From assembly GCF_056712565.1 (NCBI RefSeq), contig NZ_CM160072.1: a DNA stretch of 64,000 bases, one strand, 5' to 3'. Under the pieces are notes generated by a model that was given only the letters and a program-made list of their open reading frames with translations, had not been told where the DNA came from and did no database searches. Shown one piece after another: positions 13,051 through 26,430 of this stretch (positions are counted from its first letter, which is position 1; each line of letters starts with the position of its first letter). Both the position numbers and the translations under genes were made by a program.

Positions 13051-14589
13051 ATGGCAAGAGCTGTACACCGGAGTGGGTTAGTGGCGCTGGGCATTGCGAC
13101 AGCGTTGATGGCATCTTGTGCATTCGCTGCCAAAGAGGTGGTGGTGGCGGTAGGATCGAACTTCACCACGCTCGATCCGTATGACGCAAATGACACGTTA
13201 TCTCAGGCCGTAGCGAAATCGTTTTACCAGGGGCTGTTCGGTCTGGATAAAGAGATGAAACTGAAAAACGTGCTGGCGGAGAGTTACACCGTTTCCGATG
13301 ACGGCCTTACTTACACCGTGAAATTGCGGGAAGGCATTAAATTCCAGGATGGCACCGATTTCAACGCAGCGGCGGTGAAAGCGAATCTGGACCGGGCCAG
13401 CGATCCGGCGAATCATCTTAAACGCTATAACCTGTATAAGAATATTGCCAAAACGGAAGCGATCGATCCGACAACGGTAAAGATTACCCTCAAACAGCCA
13501 TTCTCAGCGTTTATTAATATTCTTGCCCATCCGGCGACCGCGATGATTTCACCGGCAGCGCTGGAAAAATATGGCAAGGAGATTGGTTTTCATCCGGTGG
13601 GAACCGGGCCGTATGAACTGGATACCTGGAATCAGACCGATTTTGTGAAGGTGAAAAAATTCGCGGGTTACTGGCAGCCAGGATTGCCCAAACTGGACAG
13701 CATAACCTGGCGTCCGGTGGCGGATAACAACACCCGCGCGGCAATGCTGCAAACCGGTGAAGCGCAGTTTGCTTTCCCCATTCCCTACGAGCAGGCCGCA
13801 CTGCTGGAGAAAAACAAAAATATCGAGTTGATGGCCAGTCCGTCAATTATGCAGCGTTATATCAGTATGAACGTGACGCAAAAGCCGTTCGATAACCCGA
13901 AGGTCCGTGAGGCGCTGAATTACGCCATTAACCGCCCGGCGCTGGTGAAAGTGGCCTTCGCGGGCTATGCAACGCCAGCTACTGGTGTGGTACCGCCGAG
14001 TATCGCCTACGCGCAAAGTTATAAACCGTGGCCTTACGATCCAGTGAAAGCGCGCGAATTACTTAAAGAGGCGGGATATCCCAACGGTTTCAGTACCACG
14101 CTGTGGTCGTCACATAACCACAGCACCGCGCAGAAAGTGCTGCAATTTACCCAGCAGCAGTTAGCGCAGGTTGGGATTAAAGCCCAGGTGACTGCGATGG
14201 ATGCCGGGCAACGGGCGGCAGAAGTTGAAGGTAAAGGGCAAAAAGAGAGCGGCGTGCGGATGTTCTACACTGGCTGGTCGGCTTCAACCGGCGAAGCCGA
14301 CTGGGCTCTATCGCCGCTGTTTGCCTCGCAGAACTGGCCACCAACGCTGTTTAATACCGCGTTTTACAGCAATAAACAGGTGGATGACTTCCTGGCTCAG
14401 GCACTGAAAACTAATGATCCGGCGGAAAAGACCCGCTTGTATAAGGCGGCGCAGGATATCATCTGGCAAGAGTCGCCGTGGATCCCGCTGGTGGTAGAAA
14501 AACTGGTGTCGGCACACAGTAAAAACCTGACCGGTTTTTGGATCATGCCAGACACCGGCTTCAGCTTTGAAGATGCGGATTTGCAATAA
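13051..14589 (+). CDS. gsiB: glutathione-binding periplasmic protein
   Basis: 512 aa; signal peptide [26 protein letters not shown]; SBP family 5 features. Confidence 0.9.
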
Positions 14590-14606
14590 GCAACGCAGGG
14601 AGTGGA

Positions 14607-15527
14607 ATGCTTAATTACGTTATCAAACGCTTACTGGGGTTGATTCCGACGCTGTTTATCGTCTCGGTGCTGGTGTTTTTATTTGTCCACATGCTGCCCG
14701 GCGATCCGGCGCGATTGATTGCCGGGCCCGAAGCTGATGCGCAGGTTATAGAACTGGTGCGTCAGCAGCTGGGGTTGGATCAGCCGCTGTATCACCAGTT
14801 CTGGCACTATATCAGCAATGCTGTGCAGGGGGATTTTGGCCTGTCGATGGTGTCGCGTCGTCCGGTTGCCGATGAGATTGCCAGCCGCTTTATGCCAACG
14901 CTGTGGCTGACCATAACCAGTATGGTCTGGGCGGTGATATTTGGTATGGCGGCGGGAATTATCGCCGCCGTCTGGCGTAACCGTTGGCCGGATCGATTGA
15001 GTATGACTATTGCGGTGTCGGGGATTTCGTTTCCGGCATTTGCTCTGGGGATGCTTTTAATTCAGGTATTCTCTGTTGAACTGGGCTGGCTGCCTACCGT
15101 GGGAGCAGACAGTTGGCAGCACTACATTTTACCCTCCCTGACGCTCGGCGCGGCAGTGGCCGCCGTGATGGCGCGCTTTACCCGCGCGTCGTTTGTCGAC
15201 GTTTTAAGCGAAGATTATATGCGTACCGCGAGGGCGAAAGGGGTGAGCGAAACCTGGGTTGTCCTCAAACACGGGCTACGTAACGCGATGATCCCGGTAG
15301 TGACCATGATGGGTTTACAGTTTGGCTTTTTGCTCGGTGGTTCCATCGTGGTGGAGAAAGTTTTCAACTGGCCCGGACTTGGACGCTTACTCGTTGACTC
15401 CGTAGAAATGCGCGATTACCCGGTGATTCAGGCGGAAATTCTGCTTTTCTCGCTGGAATTTATTCTTATCAACTTAGTGGTGGATGTGCTTTACGCCGCC
15501 ATTAACCCGGCTATCAGGTACAAGTAA
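14607..15527 (+). CDS. gsiC: glutathione ABC transporter permease
   Basis: 306 aa; multi-TM permease, DppB/OppB-like. Confidence 0.9.
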   Translation: MLNYVIKRLLGLIPTLFIVSVLVFLFVHMLPGDPARLIAGPEADAQVIELVRQQLGLDQPLYHQFWHYISNAVQGDFGLSMVSRRPVADEIASRFMPTLWLTITSMVWAVIFGMAAGIIAAVWRNRWPDRLSMTIAVSGISFPAFALGMLLIQVFSVELGWLPTVGADSWQHYILPSLTLGAAVAAVMARFTRASFVDVLSEDYMRTARAKGVSETWVVLKHGLRNAMIPVVTMMGLQFGFLLGGSIVVEKVFNWPGLGRLLVDSVEMRDYPVIQAEILLFSLEFILINLVVDVLYAAINPAIRYK

Positions 15528-15529
15528 GG

Positions 15530-16441
15530 ATGCGACTATTTAACTGGCGACGTCAGGCGGTGTTAAACGCCATGCCACTGGTCAAACCTGACCAGGTACG
15601 TACACCGTGGCATGAATTCTGGCGACGATTTCGCCGTCAGCATATGGCGATGACCGCCGCATTGTTCGTTATTTTATTGATTGTGGTGGCTATTTTTGCA
15701 CGCTGGATCGCTCCCTATGACGCCGAAAATTATTTTGATTATGACAATCTGAATAACGGACCTTCTTTGCAGCACTGGTTTGGCGTCGATTCACTGGGGC
15801 GTGACATTTTCAGCCGTGTCCTGGTTGGTGCGCAAATCTCGCTGGCGGCGGGCGTGTTTGCCGTGTTTATCGGTGCGGCGATCGGGACGTTGCTGGGCTT
15901 GTTGGCTGGATATTATGAAGGCTGGTGGGATCGGCTGAGCATGCGCATTTGCGATGTGCTGTTTGCCTTCCCGGGTATTTTACTGGCGATCGCTGTTGTT
16001 GCGGTGTTGGGAAGCGGCATTGCTAACGTGATTATCGCAGTCGTCATTTTTTCCATCCCCGCGTTTGCCCGCCTGGTGCGCGGCAACACGCTGGTGTTGA
16101 AACAGCAAACCTTTATTGAGTCAGCACGCAGTATTGGTGCCAGCGATATGACCATTTTATTGCGTCATATCCTGCCTGGGACCGTCTCTTCTATCGTGGT
16201 GTTTTTCACCATGCGCATTGGCACCTCGATTATCTCTGCCGCCAGCCTGTCATTTCTCGGCCTCGGTGCGCAGCCGCCGACACCAGAGTGGGGGGCAATG
16301 CTCAATGAGGCACGAGCGGATATGGTTATCGCGCCGCATGTCGCTGTTTTTCCGGCCCTGGCTATTTTTCTGACCGTACTGGCGTTCAATTTGTTGGGCG
16401 ATGGTTTACGCGATGCGCTGGATCCGAAAATTAAAGGATAG
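15530..16441 (+). CDS. gsiD: glutathione ABC transporter permease
   Basis: 303 aa; DppC/OppC-like permease. Confidence 0.9.
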   Translation: MRLFNWRRQAVLNAMPLVKPDQVRTPWHEFWRRFRRQHMAMTAALFVILLIVVAIFARWIAPYDAENYFDYDNLNNGPSLQHWFGVDSLGRDIFSRVLVGAQISLAAGVFAVFIGAAIGTLLGLLAGYYEGWWDRLSMRICDVLFAFPGILLAIAVVAVLGSGIANVIIAVVIFSIPAFARLVRGNTLVLKQQTFIESARSIGASDMTILLRHILPGTVSSIVVFFTMRIGTSIISAASLSFLGLGAQPPTPEWGAMLNEARADMVIAPHVAVFPALAIFLTVLAFNLLGDGLRDALDPKIKG

Positions 16442-16617
16442 TTACGTTTGAATATTGCTTGAAAGGGTAATCACCTCACAGGAAATTATTGCCCTAAGCA
16501 AGTGTTGTAACTTTCTGCTGATTTTGTAGAATCGGGTAATTTGGTTAAAAAGCCGCAGCAAGGGACTATTTTGCAGCGGCACAGCGTTCAGACAGTTATT
16601 TTGTTAAATGTATTAAC

Positions 16618-18966
16618 ATGCTGAGTTTATACGAAAAGATAAAGATAAGGCTGATAATTTTATTTTTATTGGCAGCACTGTCATTTATTGGTCTTTTTTT
16701 CATCATTAACTATCAACTGGTATCGGAACGCGCGGTAAAACGTGCCGATAGCCGCTTTGAACTTATTCAGAAAAACGTTGGCTATTTCTTTAAAGATATT
16801 GAACGTTCGGCCCTGACATTAAAGGACTCACTGTATTTATTAAAAAATACAGAGGAGATTCAACGTGCCGTGATTCTGAAAATGGAAATGATGCCATTTT
16901 TAGACTCGGTGGGACTGGTACTTGATGATAATAAATATTATCTCTTTTCGCGGAGGGCGAATGATAAAATCGTTGTTTATCATCAGGAACAAGTAAATGG
17001 ACCGCTTGTCGACGAGTCAGGGCGGGTTATTTTTGCCGATTTTAACCCATCGAAACGACCGTGGTCGATGGCTTCAGATGACTCTAACAACAGCTGGAAT
17101 CCGGCATACAATTGCTTTGATCGTCCGGGTAAAAAATGTATCTCTTTTACGCTACACATCAACGGCAAAGATCATGATTTGTTAGCGGTAGATAAAATTC
17201 ATGTCGATTTAAACTGGCGATATCTGAACGAGTATCTTGATCACATCAGCGCTAATGATGAAGTTCTATTTTTAAAGCAAGGTCATGAGATCATTGCTAA
17301 GAATCAACTCGCTCGTGAAAAATTGATTATTTATAATAGCGAAGGTAATTATAATATTATTGATTCTGTCGATACGGAATATATTGAAAAAACATCAGCG
17401 GTGCCAAACAACGCATTATTCGAAATCTATTTTTATTATCCTGGTGGTAATTTATTGAACGCATCAGATAAACTTTTTTATCTGCCGTTTGCTTTCATTA
17501 TTATCGTATTGCTGGTGGTTTATTTAATGACCACTCGAGTGTTCCGTCGGCAATTTTCTGAAATGACAGATTTGGTCAATACGCTGGCGTTTTTGCCCGA
17601 CTCTACGGATCAAATCGAGGCTCTGAAGATTCGTGAAGGCGATGCGAAAGAGATTATCAGCATCAAAAATTCGATCGCGGAAATGAAAGATGCTGAAATT
17701 GAACGGGCAAATAAATTGCTCTCGCTGATCTCTTACGATCAGGAAAGCGGTTTTATTAAAAATATGGCGATTATTGAGTCCAACAATAATCAGTATCTGG
17801 CTGTGGGGATCATCAAACTGTGTGGTCTGGAAGCTGTGGAAGCGGTGTTTGGTGTTGATGAACGCAATAAAATCGTCAGGAAATTGTGTCAGCGAATTGC
17901 CGAGAAATATGCGCAATGCTGCGATATCGTGACATTTAATGCCGATCTCTATTTACTCCTGTGCCGGGAAAATGTACAGACGTTTACCCGTAAGATAGCG
18001 ACGGTAAACGATTTTGACAGCAGTTTTGGCTACCGCAATCTGCGCATCCATAAGTCTGCTATTTGTGAACCTTTGCAGGGGGAAAACGCCTGGAGTTACG
18101 CAGAAAAGCTGAAACTGGCGATTTCCAGTATCCGCAACCATATGTTCTCAGAGTTTATTTTCTGTGATGATGCGAAACTCAACGAAATAGAAGAGAATAT
18201 CTGGATTGCGCGTAATATTCGCCATGCAATGGAAATTGGCGAACTATTCCTGGTCTATCAACCGATTGTTGATATTAACACCCGCACCATTTTGGGCGCG
18301 GAGGCGTTGTGCCGTTGGGTGTCTGCGGAGCGGGGGATTATTTCACCGCTGAAGTTCATTACCATTGCTGAAGATATCGGGTTTATCAATGAGCTGGGCT
18401 ATCAAATTATTAAAACCGCGATGGGTGAATTCAGACATTTTAGTCAGCGTGCGTCGCTGAAGGATGATTTCTTACTGCATATTAATGTTTCGCCCTGGCA
18501 GTTAAACGAACCACACTTTCATGAGCGTTTTACTACCATCATGAAAGAAAATGGCCTGAAGGCGAACAGCCTTTGTGTTGAGATCACCGAAACCGTGATC
18601 GAGCGAATTAATGAACATTTCTATCTCAATATTGAACAACTGCGTAAACAAGGGGTACGGGTATCGATTGATGACTTTGGCACCGGTTTGTCAAACCTGA
18701 AACGTTTTTATGAAATTAATCCAGACAGTATAAAGGTGGATTCGCAATTTACCGGCGATATTTTCGGTACTGCAGGAAAAATTGTGCGCATTATTTTCGA
18801 TCTGGCACGCTATAACCGGATCCCGGTGATTGCGGAAGGCGTAGAGAGCGAAGACGTTGCGCGTGAATTAATCAAATTAGGATGTGTTCAGGCTCAGGGG
18901 TATCTGTACCAGAAACCCATGCCATTCTCCGCCTGGGATAAAAGTGGAAAATTAGTAAAAGAGTAG
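16618..18966 (+). CDS. pdeI: c-di-GMP phosphodiesterase (membrane sensor plus EAL domain)
   Basis: 782 aa; N-terminal TM and periplasmic region; C-terminal EAL motifs (EALCRW, QPIVD). Confidence 0.9.
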   Translation: MLSLYEKIKIRLIILFLLAALSFIGLFFIINYQLVSERAVKRADSRFELIQKNVGYFFKDIERSALTLKDSLYLLKNTEEIQRAVILKMEMMPFLDSVGLVLDDNKYYLFSRRANDKIVVYHQEQVNGPLVDESGRVIFADFNPSKRPWSMASDDSNNSWNPAYNCFDRPGKKCISFTLHINGKDHDLLAVDKIHVDLNWRYLNEYLDHISANDEVLFLKQGHEIIAKNQLAREKLIIYNSEGNYNIIDSVDTEYIEKTSAVPNNALFEIYFYYPGGNLLNASDKLFYLPFAFIIIVLLVVYLMTTRVFRRQFSEMTDLVNTLAFLPDSTDQIEALKIREGDAKEIISIKNSIAEMKDAEIERANKLLSLISYDQESGFIKNMAIIESNNNQYLAVGIIKLCGLEAVEAVFGVDERNKIVRKLCQRIAEKYAQCCDIVTFNADLYLLLCRENVQTFTRKIATVNDFDSSFGYRNLRIHKSAICEPLQGENAWSYAEKLKLAISSIRNHMFSEFIFCDDAKLNEIEENIWIARNIRHAMEIGELFLVYQPIVDINTRTILGAEALCRWVSAERGIISPLKFITIAEDIGFINELGYQIIKTAMGEFRHFSQRASLKDDFLLHINVSPWQLNEPHFHERFTTIMKENGLKANSLCVEITETVIERINEHFYLNIEQLRKQGVRVSIDDFGTGLSNLKRFYEINPDSIKVDSQFTGDIFGTAGKIVRIIFDLARYNRIPVIAEGVESEDVARELIKLGCVQAQGYLYQKPMPFSAWDKSGKLVKE

Positions 18967-18973
18967 TTTACGT

Positions 18974-20302
18974 ATGTCCAGAATCAATAAATTCGTACTT
19001 ACAGTCAGTCTGCTGATTTTTATCATGATTTCAGCAGTTGCCTGCGGGATCTACACTCAAATGGTAAAGGAACGGGTGTATGGCCTGAAACAGTCCGTTA
19101 TTGATACTGCTTTTGCGGTGGCAAATATTGCTGAATATCGGCGTAGTGTGGCAATTGATCTCATCAACACGCTAAATCCTACGGAGGAACAGCTGTTGGT
19201 TGGCTTACGCACAGCTTACGCCGACTCGGTTTCACCCTCTTATTTGTACGATGTCGGTCCTTATCTGATTTCCAGTGACGAATGTATTCAGGTAAAGGAG
19301 TTCGAGAAAAATTATTGTGCAGATATTATGCAGGTTGTTAAGTATCGACATGTCAAAAATACAGGGTTTATCTCTTTTGATGGTAAAACCTTCGTCTATT
19401 ACCTCTATCCGGTAACTCACAATCGTAGTCTGATATTTTTGCTTGGTCTGGAACGTTTTTCTTTACTGTCAAAATCGCTGGCGATGGATAGCGAGAACCT
19501 GATGTTCTCCCTGTTCAAGAACGGTAAATCGGTGACCGGTGATGAATATAACGCTAAAAACGCCATCTTCACCGTTTCGGAAGCAATGGAGCACTTCTCC
19601 TATTTGCCGACCGGGTTGTACGTATTTGCTTATAAAAAAGACGTTTATTTTCAGGTATGTACATTGATTATTTTCTTTGCCGCATTGGTGGCAGTGATAT
19701 CGGGTGCCAGTTGCCTCTATCTGGTACGCAGAGTGATTAATCGTGGTATTGTGGAGAAAGAAGCCATTATTAATAACCATTTTGAACGCGTACTGGATGG
19801 CGGGCTTTTCTTTTCGGCTGCCGATGTCAAAAAACTCTACAGTATGTATAACTCGGCATTCCTGGACGATCTGACCAAAGCGATGGGCAGAAAATCCTTT
19901 GACGAAGATTTAAAAGCGCTGCCGGAAAAAGGCGGTTATTTGTGCCTGTTTGACGTCGATAAATTCAAAAACATTAACGACACCTTCGGTCATTTGCTGG
20001 GCGATGAAGTGTTGATGAAAGTGGTGAAAATCCTTAAATCACAGATCCCGGTAGATAAAGGTAAAGTTTACCGCTTCGGAGGTGACGAATTTGCGGTGAT
20101 TTATACTGGCGGCACGCTGGAAGAGTTGCTATCGATTCTAAAAGAAATCGTTCATTTCCAGGTGGGAAGCATTAATTTAAGCACCAGTATCGGTGTAGCG
20201 CATTCAAATGAATGTACTACCGTTGAACGTTTGAAAATGCTGGCGGATGAGCGGCTGTATAAGAGTAAGAAAAACGGCAGGGCGCAGATTAGCTGGCAGT
20301 AA
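18974..20302 (+). CDS. dgcI: diguanylate cyclase (GGDEF)
   Basis: 442 aa; RFGGDEF motif near C-terminus; N-terminal TM sensor region. Confidence 0.9.
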   Translation: MSRINKFVLTVSLLIFIMISAVACGIYTQMVKERVYGLKQSVIDTAFAVANIAEYRRSVAIDLINTLNPTEEQLLVGLRTAYADSVSPSYLYDVGPYLISSDECIQVKEFEKNYCADIMQVVKYRHVKNTGFISFDGKTFVYYLYPVTHNRSLIFLLGLERFSLLSKSLAMDSENLMFSLFKNGKSVTGDEYNAKNAIFTVSEAMEHFSYLPTGLYVFAYKKDVYFQVCTLIIFFAALVAVISGASCLYLVRRVINRGIVEKEAIINNHFERVLDGGLFFSAADVKKLYSMYNSAFLDDLTKAMGRKSFDEDLKALPEKGGYLCLFDVDKFKNINDTFGHLLGDEVLMKVVKILKSQIPVDKGKVYRFGGDEFAVIYTGGTLEELLSILKEIVHFQVGSINLSTSIGVAHSNECTTVERLKMLADERLYKSKKNGRAQISWQ

Positions 20303-20312
20303 TCATTATTCG

Positions 20313-20344
20313 CAGGCCGGACAAATGATTTTGCCCGGCCTGAA
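20313..20344. terminator. bidirectional stem-loop between dgcI and rimO
   Basis: CAGGCCGGACAAA...TTTGCCCGGCCTG hairpin between convergent genes. Confidence 0.5.
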
Positions 20345-20348
20345 TTAA

Positions 20349-21674
20349 TTAAACCCGGCTACCCCACAAATCGTACTCATCGGCGTGCTCGACTTTCACT
20401 CGCAGGATATCACCCGGCTTAACGTTGGTTTCACCATTGAGATAAACCGCGCCGTCGATTTCCGGTGCATCTGCCATGCTGCGACCAATCGCGCCTTCTT
20501 CGTCCACTTCGTCGATAATCACCAGAATTTCACGGCCCACTTTCTCTTGCAGGCGCTCGGCGGAAATTTGCTGCTGCAACTGCATGAAACGGTTCCAGCG
20601 TTCTTCTTTCACTTCTTCCGGAACCTGGTCAGGCAGGGCATTGGCGTCTGCACCTTCAACCGGGCTGTATTTAAAGCAGCCAACGCGATCCAGACGTGCT
20701 TCTTTCAGGAAGTCGAGTAGCATCTGGAAATCTTCTTCCGTCTCGCCAGGGAAGCCAACAATAAAGGTTGAGCGTAGGGTCAGTTCCGGGCAGATTTTGC
20801 GCCACTGTTTGATGCGCGCCAGTTGGCGATCTACAGAACCCGGACGTTTCATCAGTTTGAGAATGCGCGGGCTGGCGTGCTGCAACGGAATGTCCAGATA
20901 CGGCAGGATTTTGCCCTCTGCCATCAGTGGGATGACGTCGTCCACATGCGGATAAGGGTAAACGTAGTGCAGACGTGTCCAGATCCCCAGTTTCGATAAC
21001 TGTTCGCACAGGCTGACCATGCTGGTTTTTACCGGCTCGCCGTTGTGGAAGCCAGTACGATGTTTAACATCGACGCCATACGCGGAAGTATCCTGCGAGA
21101 TCACCAGAATTTCTTTAACGCCCGCATCAACCAGACGTTTCGCTTCACTTAACACTTCGCCAATCGGACGGCTCACCAGATCGCCGCGCATAGACGGAAT
21201 AATGCAGAAGGTGCAGCGGTGATTACAGCCTTCAGAAATTTTCAGATAGGCATAATGACGCGGCGTCAGTTTCACACCTTGTTCTGGCACCAGGCTCAGG
21301 AATGGGTTGTGTTTCGGTTTTGGCACGTAGTGATGAACGTGCTCCAGAACCTGCTCATAGCTATGAGGCCCGGTGATTTCCAGCACTTTCGGGTGGACTT
21401 CGCGGATCTGATCTTCTTTTGCCCCCAGACAACCGGTCACAATTACCTTGCCGTTTTCATTCAACGCTTCACCAATGGCTTCCAGTGATTCTTGTACCGC
21501 GCTGTCAATAAAGCCGCAGGTGTTGACGATCACCATGTCCGCATCATCATAGCTCGGTACCACGTCATAACCTTCAGTGCGTAGTTCGGTGAGAATACGC
21601 TCTGAATCGACAAGGTTTTTCGGACAGCCAAGGGAAACAAAGCCGATTTTCGGCTGGGGAGTTACTTTGCTCAT
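20349..21674 (-). CDS. rimO: ribosomal protein S12 methylthiotransferase (radical SAM MTTase)
   Basis: 441 aa; CxxxCxxC (CNHRCTFC) radical SAM motif; N-terminal MTTase Cys triad. Confidence 0.93.
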   Translation of the reverse strand: MSKVTPQPKIGFVSLGCPKNLVDSERILTELRTEGYDVVPSYDDADMVIVNTCGFIDSAVQESLEAIGEALNENGKVIVTGCLGAKEDQIREVHPKVLEITGPHSYEQVLEHVHHYVPKPKHNPFLSLVPEQGVKLTPRHYAYLKISEGCNHRCTFCIIPSMRGDLVSRPIGEVLSEAKRLVDAGVKEILVISQDTSAYGVDVKHRTGFHNGEPVKTSMVSLCEQLSKLGIWTRLHYVYPYPHVDDVIPLMAEGKILPYLDIPLQHASPRILKLMKRPGSVDRQLARIKQWRKICPELTLRSTFIVGFPGETEEDFQMLLDFLKEARLDRVGCFKYSPVEGADANALPDQVPEEVKEERWNRFMQLQQQISAERLQEKVGREILVIIDEVDEEGAIGRSMADAPEIDGAVYLNGETNVKPGDILRVKVEHADEYDLWGSRV

Positions 21675-21886
21675 AGCTTAAAAAATATTCAGTTACAGGA
21701 AAGGTCAGGGCAGGGATTCTACAGAGTTCTGGATAAAATTTGTATCGCAATCTCATTCGCTGGCGGAGTTGAAGGAAATGTAAATTTTGTTAATTCGGCG
21801 TGAAGAATTGATCCTGGACAGCATTTTGCTCAAAAAACAGCCATACTATTTAATTGCAACAAGGCTGGAAAGAGGAGGATCGAAGT

Positions 21887-22270
21887 ATGTTCGTTGACAG
21901 ACAGCGAATCGATCTGCTGAACCGGTTGATCGACGCACGCGTTGACCTCGCCGCATACGTGCAACTGAGGAAGGCAAAAGGATACATGTCCGTCAGCGAA
22001 AGCAATCATCTACGAGATAACTTTTTTAAACTGAATCGCGAACTGCACGATAAATCGCTGCGGTTGAATCTTCATCTGGATCAGGAAGAATGGAGTGCTC
22101 TTCATCATGCTGAAGAAGCATTAGCGACAGCCGCAGTATGTTTGATGAGTGGGCACCATGATTGCCCGACTGTTATTACCGTCAACGCCGATAAGCTTGA
22201 AAATTGTCTGATGAGCTTAACGCTGAGTATCCAGAGCCTGCAGAAGCACGCCATGCTTGAGAAGGCCTGA
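21887..22270 (+). CDS. bssR: biofilm regulator
   Basis: 127 aa from internal Met MFVDRQRIDLL... preceded by GAGGAGGA RBS. Confidence 0.85.
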   Translation: MFVDRQRIDLLNRLIDARVDLAAYVQLRKAKGYMSVSESNHLRDNFFKLNRELHDKSLRLNLHLDQEEWSALHHAEEALATAAVCLMSGHHDCPTVITVNADKLENCLMSLTLSIQSLQKHAMLEKA

Positions 22271-22277
22271 AAACTAA

Positions 22278-22305
22278 GGGGGAGAAAGCGTCTCCCCCTT
22301 CATGT
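22278..22305 (+). terminator. rho-independent terminator after bssR
   Basis: AAGGGGGAGA-aagcg-TCTCCCCCTT hairpin followed by a T-rich tract. Confidence 0.55.
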
Positions 22306-22380
22306 TTAAGTTTTTGTAAAAATGAATTTGTTATCTCCTCCACTGACTACGCTTTAAGCCAGAGTCAATCCGGAGGCGTT

Positions 22381-23496
22381 ATGCATCGACAATCCTTTTT
22401 CCTTGTGCCCCTTATTTGTCTTTCTTCCGCTCTCTGGGCAGCTCCTGCAACGGTAAATGTCGAAGTACTGCAAGACAAACTCGACCATCCCTGGGCGCTG
22501 GCCTTTTTACCCGATAATCACGGTATGTTAATCACTCTGCGCGGCGGCGAGTTGCGTCACTGGCAAGCAGGAAAAGGATTATCTGCGCCGCTTTCCGGAG
22601 TGCCGGACGTTTGGGCGCACGGGCAGGGCGGCCTGCTGGACGTGGTTTTAGCGCCCGATTTTGCTCAGTCGCGCCGCATCTGGTTAAGTTATTCCGAAGT
22701 TGGCGATGATGGCAAAGCCGGAACTGCTGTGGGTTATGGCCGCTTAAGTGATGATCTCTCAAAAGTGACCGACTTCCGCACCGTCTTTCGTCAGATGCCA
22801 AAACTGTCTACCGGCAACCATTTTGGCGGGCGGATGGTATTTGACGGTAAAGGTTATCTTTTTATTGCTCTGGGCGAAAACAATCAGCGCCCGACGGCGC
22901 AGGATCTGGATAAATTACAGGGCAAACTGGTGCGACTGACCGACCTGGGAGAAATCCCGGATGATAATCCTTTTATAAAGGAATCTGGTGTGCGCGCCGA
23001 GATCTGGTCTTATGGCATTCGTAATCCGCAAGGAATGGCGATGAATCCGTGGAGTAATGCACTATGGCTGAATGAACATGGCCCGCGCGGTGGCGATGAA
23101 ATTAATATCCCGCAAAAAGGCAAAAACTACGGCTGGCCGCTGGCAACCTGGGGAATCAACTATTCAGGCTTTAAGATACCGGAGGCGAAAGGGGAGATCG
23201 TCGCCGGGACCGAGCAACCTGTTTTTTACTGGAAAGATTCGCCCGCCGTGAGCGGCATGGCCTTCTATAACAGCGATAAATTCCCCCAGTGGCAGCAAAA
23301 ATTATTTATTGGCGCGCTGAAAGATAAAGATGTCATCGTGATGAGCGTCAACGGCGACAAAGTGACAGAAGATGGCCGTATTTTAACGGACAAAGGGCAG
23401 CGAATTCGTGATGTTCGCACTGGACCCGACGGTTATTTATACGTTCTCACCGACGAGTCCAGTGGGGAATTACTTAAAGTTAGCCCACGCAATTAG
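22381..23496 (+). CDS. yliI: soluble aldose sugar dehydrogenase (PQQ-dependent beta-propeller)
   Basis: 371 aa; signal peptide; beta-propeller dehydrogenase features. Confidence 0.88.
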
Positions 23497-24119
23497 CTAA
23501 CGGGAATCATCACCACTTTGCGCACTGCGGGGCGTTCAGTGAGTTGCTGATACCAGCGTTGCAGATTTGGACGCGGTGTCCAGGTCAGGCCAACGTTAAA
23601 CAAATTGTAGATGAACGGTGCGATAGCGATATCGCCCACACCAAACTCGTCGCCTGAGAACCATTTTACTTTTGCCAGTTCCGCATCTAGCAGGGCAAAC
23701 AGGGCGTCGCACTCTTTGCAACTGGCATCAATGGCGGCCTGATCGCGCTCTTCCGGTGGTGTTCTGACTAATCCCATCAGGATCCCGCGATGAGCATTAC
23801 TGAGCGTCTGGTTTGCCCAGTCCATCCATTTTTCTGCTTCCGCACGACGTGCCGGTGAGTCGATCCACAGGCGTTTTTGCCCGTACTGTGCCGCCAGATA
23901 GCGGACAATGGCGTTTGATTCCCAAAGAATGAGATCACTTTCGTCGTCACGCAACAACGGCACCAGCCCGTTAGGGTTCATCGCCAGAAAATCAGCATCG
24001 TGATTTATCCCAAACTCACGGCCCGCGAGAATTTGCTCATAAGGTAGTTCCAGTTCTTCGAGCGTCAGCAATACTTTTTTTACGTTGGTTGAATTATTCC
24101 GACCCCACAGCGTAATCAT
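23493..24119 (-). CDS. gstB: glutathione S-transferase
   Basis: 208 aa from [13 protein letters not shown]...; GST N- and C-terminal domain pattern. Confidence 0.88.
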
Positions 24120-24365
24120 ACTCACCCCTTTTCCGACAGGCAGCCACAGGCTGAACAGGACTCCGATGGTGAAGTAAAGTTAACTTTTAAGCAACAGCTG
24201 GCAAAAAAATGACACCAGAAGCAGCGAAGCGGCAGGATATTGCATAAACTTTAAAAACTTTACCAACTTACGGTTTCTTTAAGTTTGTGTGTGCGTTATT
24301 AATCACCGAACTTATCATACGGCGATATAACGTATTTTTTTTGAATGGATACTCGGGTGGCATTT

Positions 24366-25568
24366 ATGACGCAATACTCCTCTCTCCTTCGTGGTCTTGC
24401 AGCGGGTTCTGCATTTTTATTCCTTTTTGCCCCAACGGCATTCGCGGCGGAACAAACCGTTGAAGCGCCGAGCGTGGATGCGCGTGCATGGATTTTAATG
24501 GATTACGCCAGCGGTAAAGTGCTGGCAGAAGGCAATGCGGATGAGAAACTGGATCCCGCGAGCCTGACTAAAATCATGACCAGCTATGTGGTTGGGCAGG
24601 CGCTTAAGGCCGATAAGATTAAACTCACCGATATGGTGACGGTCGGTAAAGATGCCTGGGCGACGGGAAATCCGGCACTGCGTGGTTCATCGGTAATGTT
24701 CCTCAAACCGGGCGATCAGGTTTCGGTGGCAGACTTGAACAAAGGTGTGATTATCCAGTCCGGTAATGACGCCTGTATTGCGCTGGCTGATTACGTTGCC
24801 GGGAGCCAGGAGTCATTTATTGGTTTGATGAATGGTTATGCCAAAAAACTGGGTCTGACCAACACTACCTTCCAGACGGTGCACGGCCTGGATGCGCCGG
24901 GGCAGTTCAGTACCGCGCGCGATATGGCATTGCTGGGTAAAGCATTGATCCACGATGTGCCGGAAGAGTACGCCATTCATAAAGAGAAAGAGTTCACCTT
25001 CAACAAAATTCGTCAGCCTAACCGTAATCGTCTGCTGTGGAGCAGCAATCTGAATGTTGATGGCATGAAGACAGGAACCACGGCAGGCGCGGGATATAAT
25101 CTGGTTGCTTCGGCTACCCAGGGCGATATGCGTTTAATCTCCGTAGTGCTGGGGGCGAAAACTGACCGTATCCGTTTTAATGAGTCTGAGAAATTATTGA
25201 CCTGGGGTTTCCGCTTCTTTGAAACCGTGACGCCAATTAAACCTGATGCCACATTTGTGACTCAGCGCGTCTGGTTTGGTGATAAGAGCGAAGTGAATCT
25301 CGGGGCAGGCGAAGCGGGCTCAGTGACCATACCGCGTGGGCAGCTGAAAAACCTGAAGGCGAGTTATACGTTAATGGAACCGCAGCTTACCGCACCGCTG
25401 AAAAAAGGTCAGGTTGTCGGCACCATTGATTTCCAGCTTAACGGTAAATCCATTGAGCAGCGTCCGCTGATCGTGATGGAAAATGTGGAAGAGGGCGGAT
25501 TCTTTGGTCGGATGTGGGATTTCGTGATGATGAAATTCCATCAGTGGTTCGGCAGCTGGTTCTCTTAA
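24366..25568 (+). CDS. dacC: D-alanyl-D-alanine carboxypeptidase PBP6
   Basis: 400 aa from MTQYSS...; signal peptide; SxxK (SLTK), SGN and KTG motifs. Confidence 0.92.
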   Translation: MTQYSSLLRGLAAGSAFLFLFAPTAFAAEQTVEAPSVDARAWILMDYASGKVLAEGNADEKLDPASLTKIMTSYVVGQALKADKIKLTDMVTVGKDAWATGNPALRGSSVMFLKPGDQVSVADLNKGVIIQSGNDACIALADYVAGSQESFIGLMNGYAKKLGLTNTTFQTVHGLDAPGQFSTARDMALLGKALIHDVPEEYAIHKEKEFTFNKIRQPNRNRLLWSSNLNVDGMKTGTTAGAGYNLVASATQGDMRLISVVLGAKTDRIRFNESEKLLTWGFRFFETVTPIKPDATFVTQRVWFGDKSEVNLGAGEAGSVTIPRGQLKNLKASYTLMEPQLTAPLKKGQVVGTIDFQLNGKSIEQRPLIVMENVEEGGFFGRMWDFVMMKFHQWFGSWFS

Positions 25569-25575
25569 TCTTCTG

Positions 25576-25608
25576 ATAACCGGATGGCGCGAAACGTCAT
25601 CCGGTTAT
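25576..25608. terminator. bidirectional stem-loop between dacC and deoR
   Basis: ATAACCGGATG...CATCCGGTTAT inverted repeat between convergent genes. Confidence 0.5.
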
Positions 25609-25614
25609 ACGTCA

Positions 25615-26373
25615 TTAATACATCAACTTAATACGCTGCGTCTGCGCGTACTTCACATACTCATCTTCCGGGCAACAATCGCTCACAACAATATCAAAGC
25701 GTTTCAGGTCACCCATGCGCGCCGGACGCACCTTGCCAAATTTACTGTGGTCGACAACCAGCACATGCTTTTGCGCCATCGACATGGCCCAGTGTTTTAC
25801 CGGCAACTCTTCAAGATTAAAGCAGGTAGCGCCTTTACTGACATGCACGCCCGCAGCGGAATAAAAAGCGATATCCGGGCAAAAATTATTCAGCGTTTGC
25901 TGAAAATCGATGGGTTTGAAAATGGCGTTGCTGGCGTGAAATTCACCACCGCAAAGAAACGCGCGGCAATGGGGTTTCTCTTTCAGCGCCAGAAAGGTAT
26001 TTAGCGAATAACAAACGGCGGTAAAAGGGATTTCATTATCAATTGCTTCAATAATCCACGGCGTGGTGGTGCCACAGTCAAAAAAGAGGGTCTGATCGGG
26101 TTCTACCAGCGTCGCAGCCAGTTTTGCCGCCCGGCGTTTTTCTTCCACCAGGCGGGATTTTTGATCGCTTAACAGGTAATGGCTGGCGCTGCGTGGTTCC
26201 AGAACAATATAGCCGCCGAGCAAAACGACGGGCGCACTGTGGTTGTTCAGATCGCGACGAATCGTCATCTCCGAAACCCCAAGCAGGGCGGCGGCGTCTT
26301 TAAGATGTAACTTATCACTGCGTTTTAATTCTTGCAGCAGCTGCCCGATACGCTCTTCGCGACGTGTTTCCAT
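25615..26373 (-). CDS. deoR: DeoR-family transcriptional repressor
   Basis: 252 aa; N-terminal HTH (LHLKDAAALLGVSEMTIRRDL) plus DeoR C-terminal domain. Confidence 0.9.
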   Translation of the reverse strand: METRREERIGQLLQELKRSDKLHLKDAAALLGVSEMTIRRDLNNHSAPVVLLGGYIVLEPRSASHYLLSDQKSRLVEEKRRAAKLAATLVEPDQTLFFDCGTTTPWIIEAIDNEIPFTAVCYSLNTFLALKEKPHCRAFLCGGEFHASNAIFKPIDFQQTLNNFCPDIAFYSAAGVHVSKGATCFNLEELPVKHWAMSMAQKHVLVVDHSKFGKVRPARMGDLKRFDIVVSDCCPEDEYVKYAQTQRIKLMY

Positions 26374-26430
26374 AATCCCTCTGAATAGTTATTGAAGCGA
26401 GCCGCTCAATACTACACTTTTTAGCAGAGA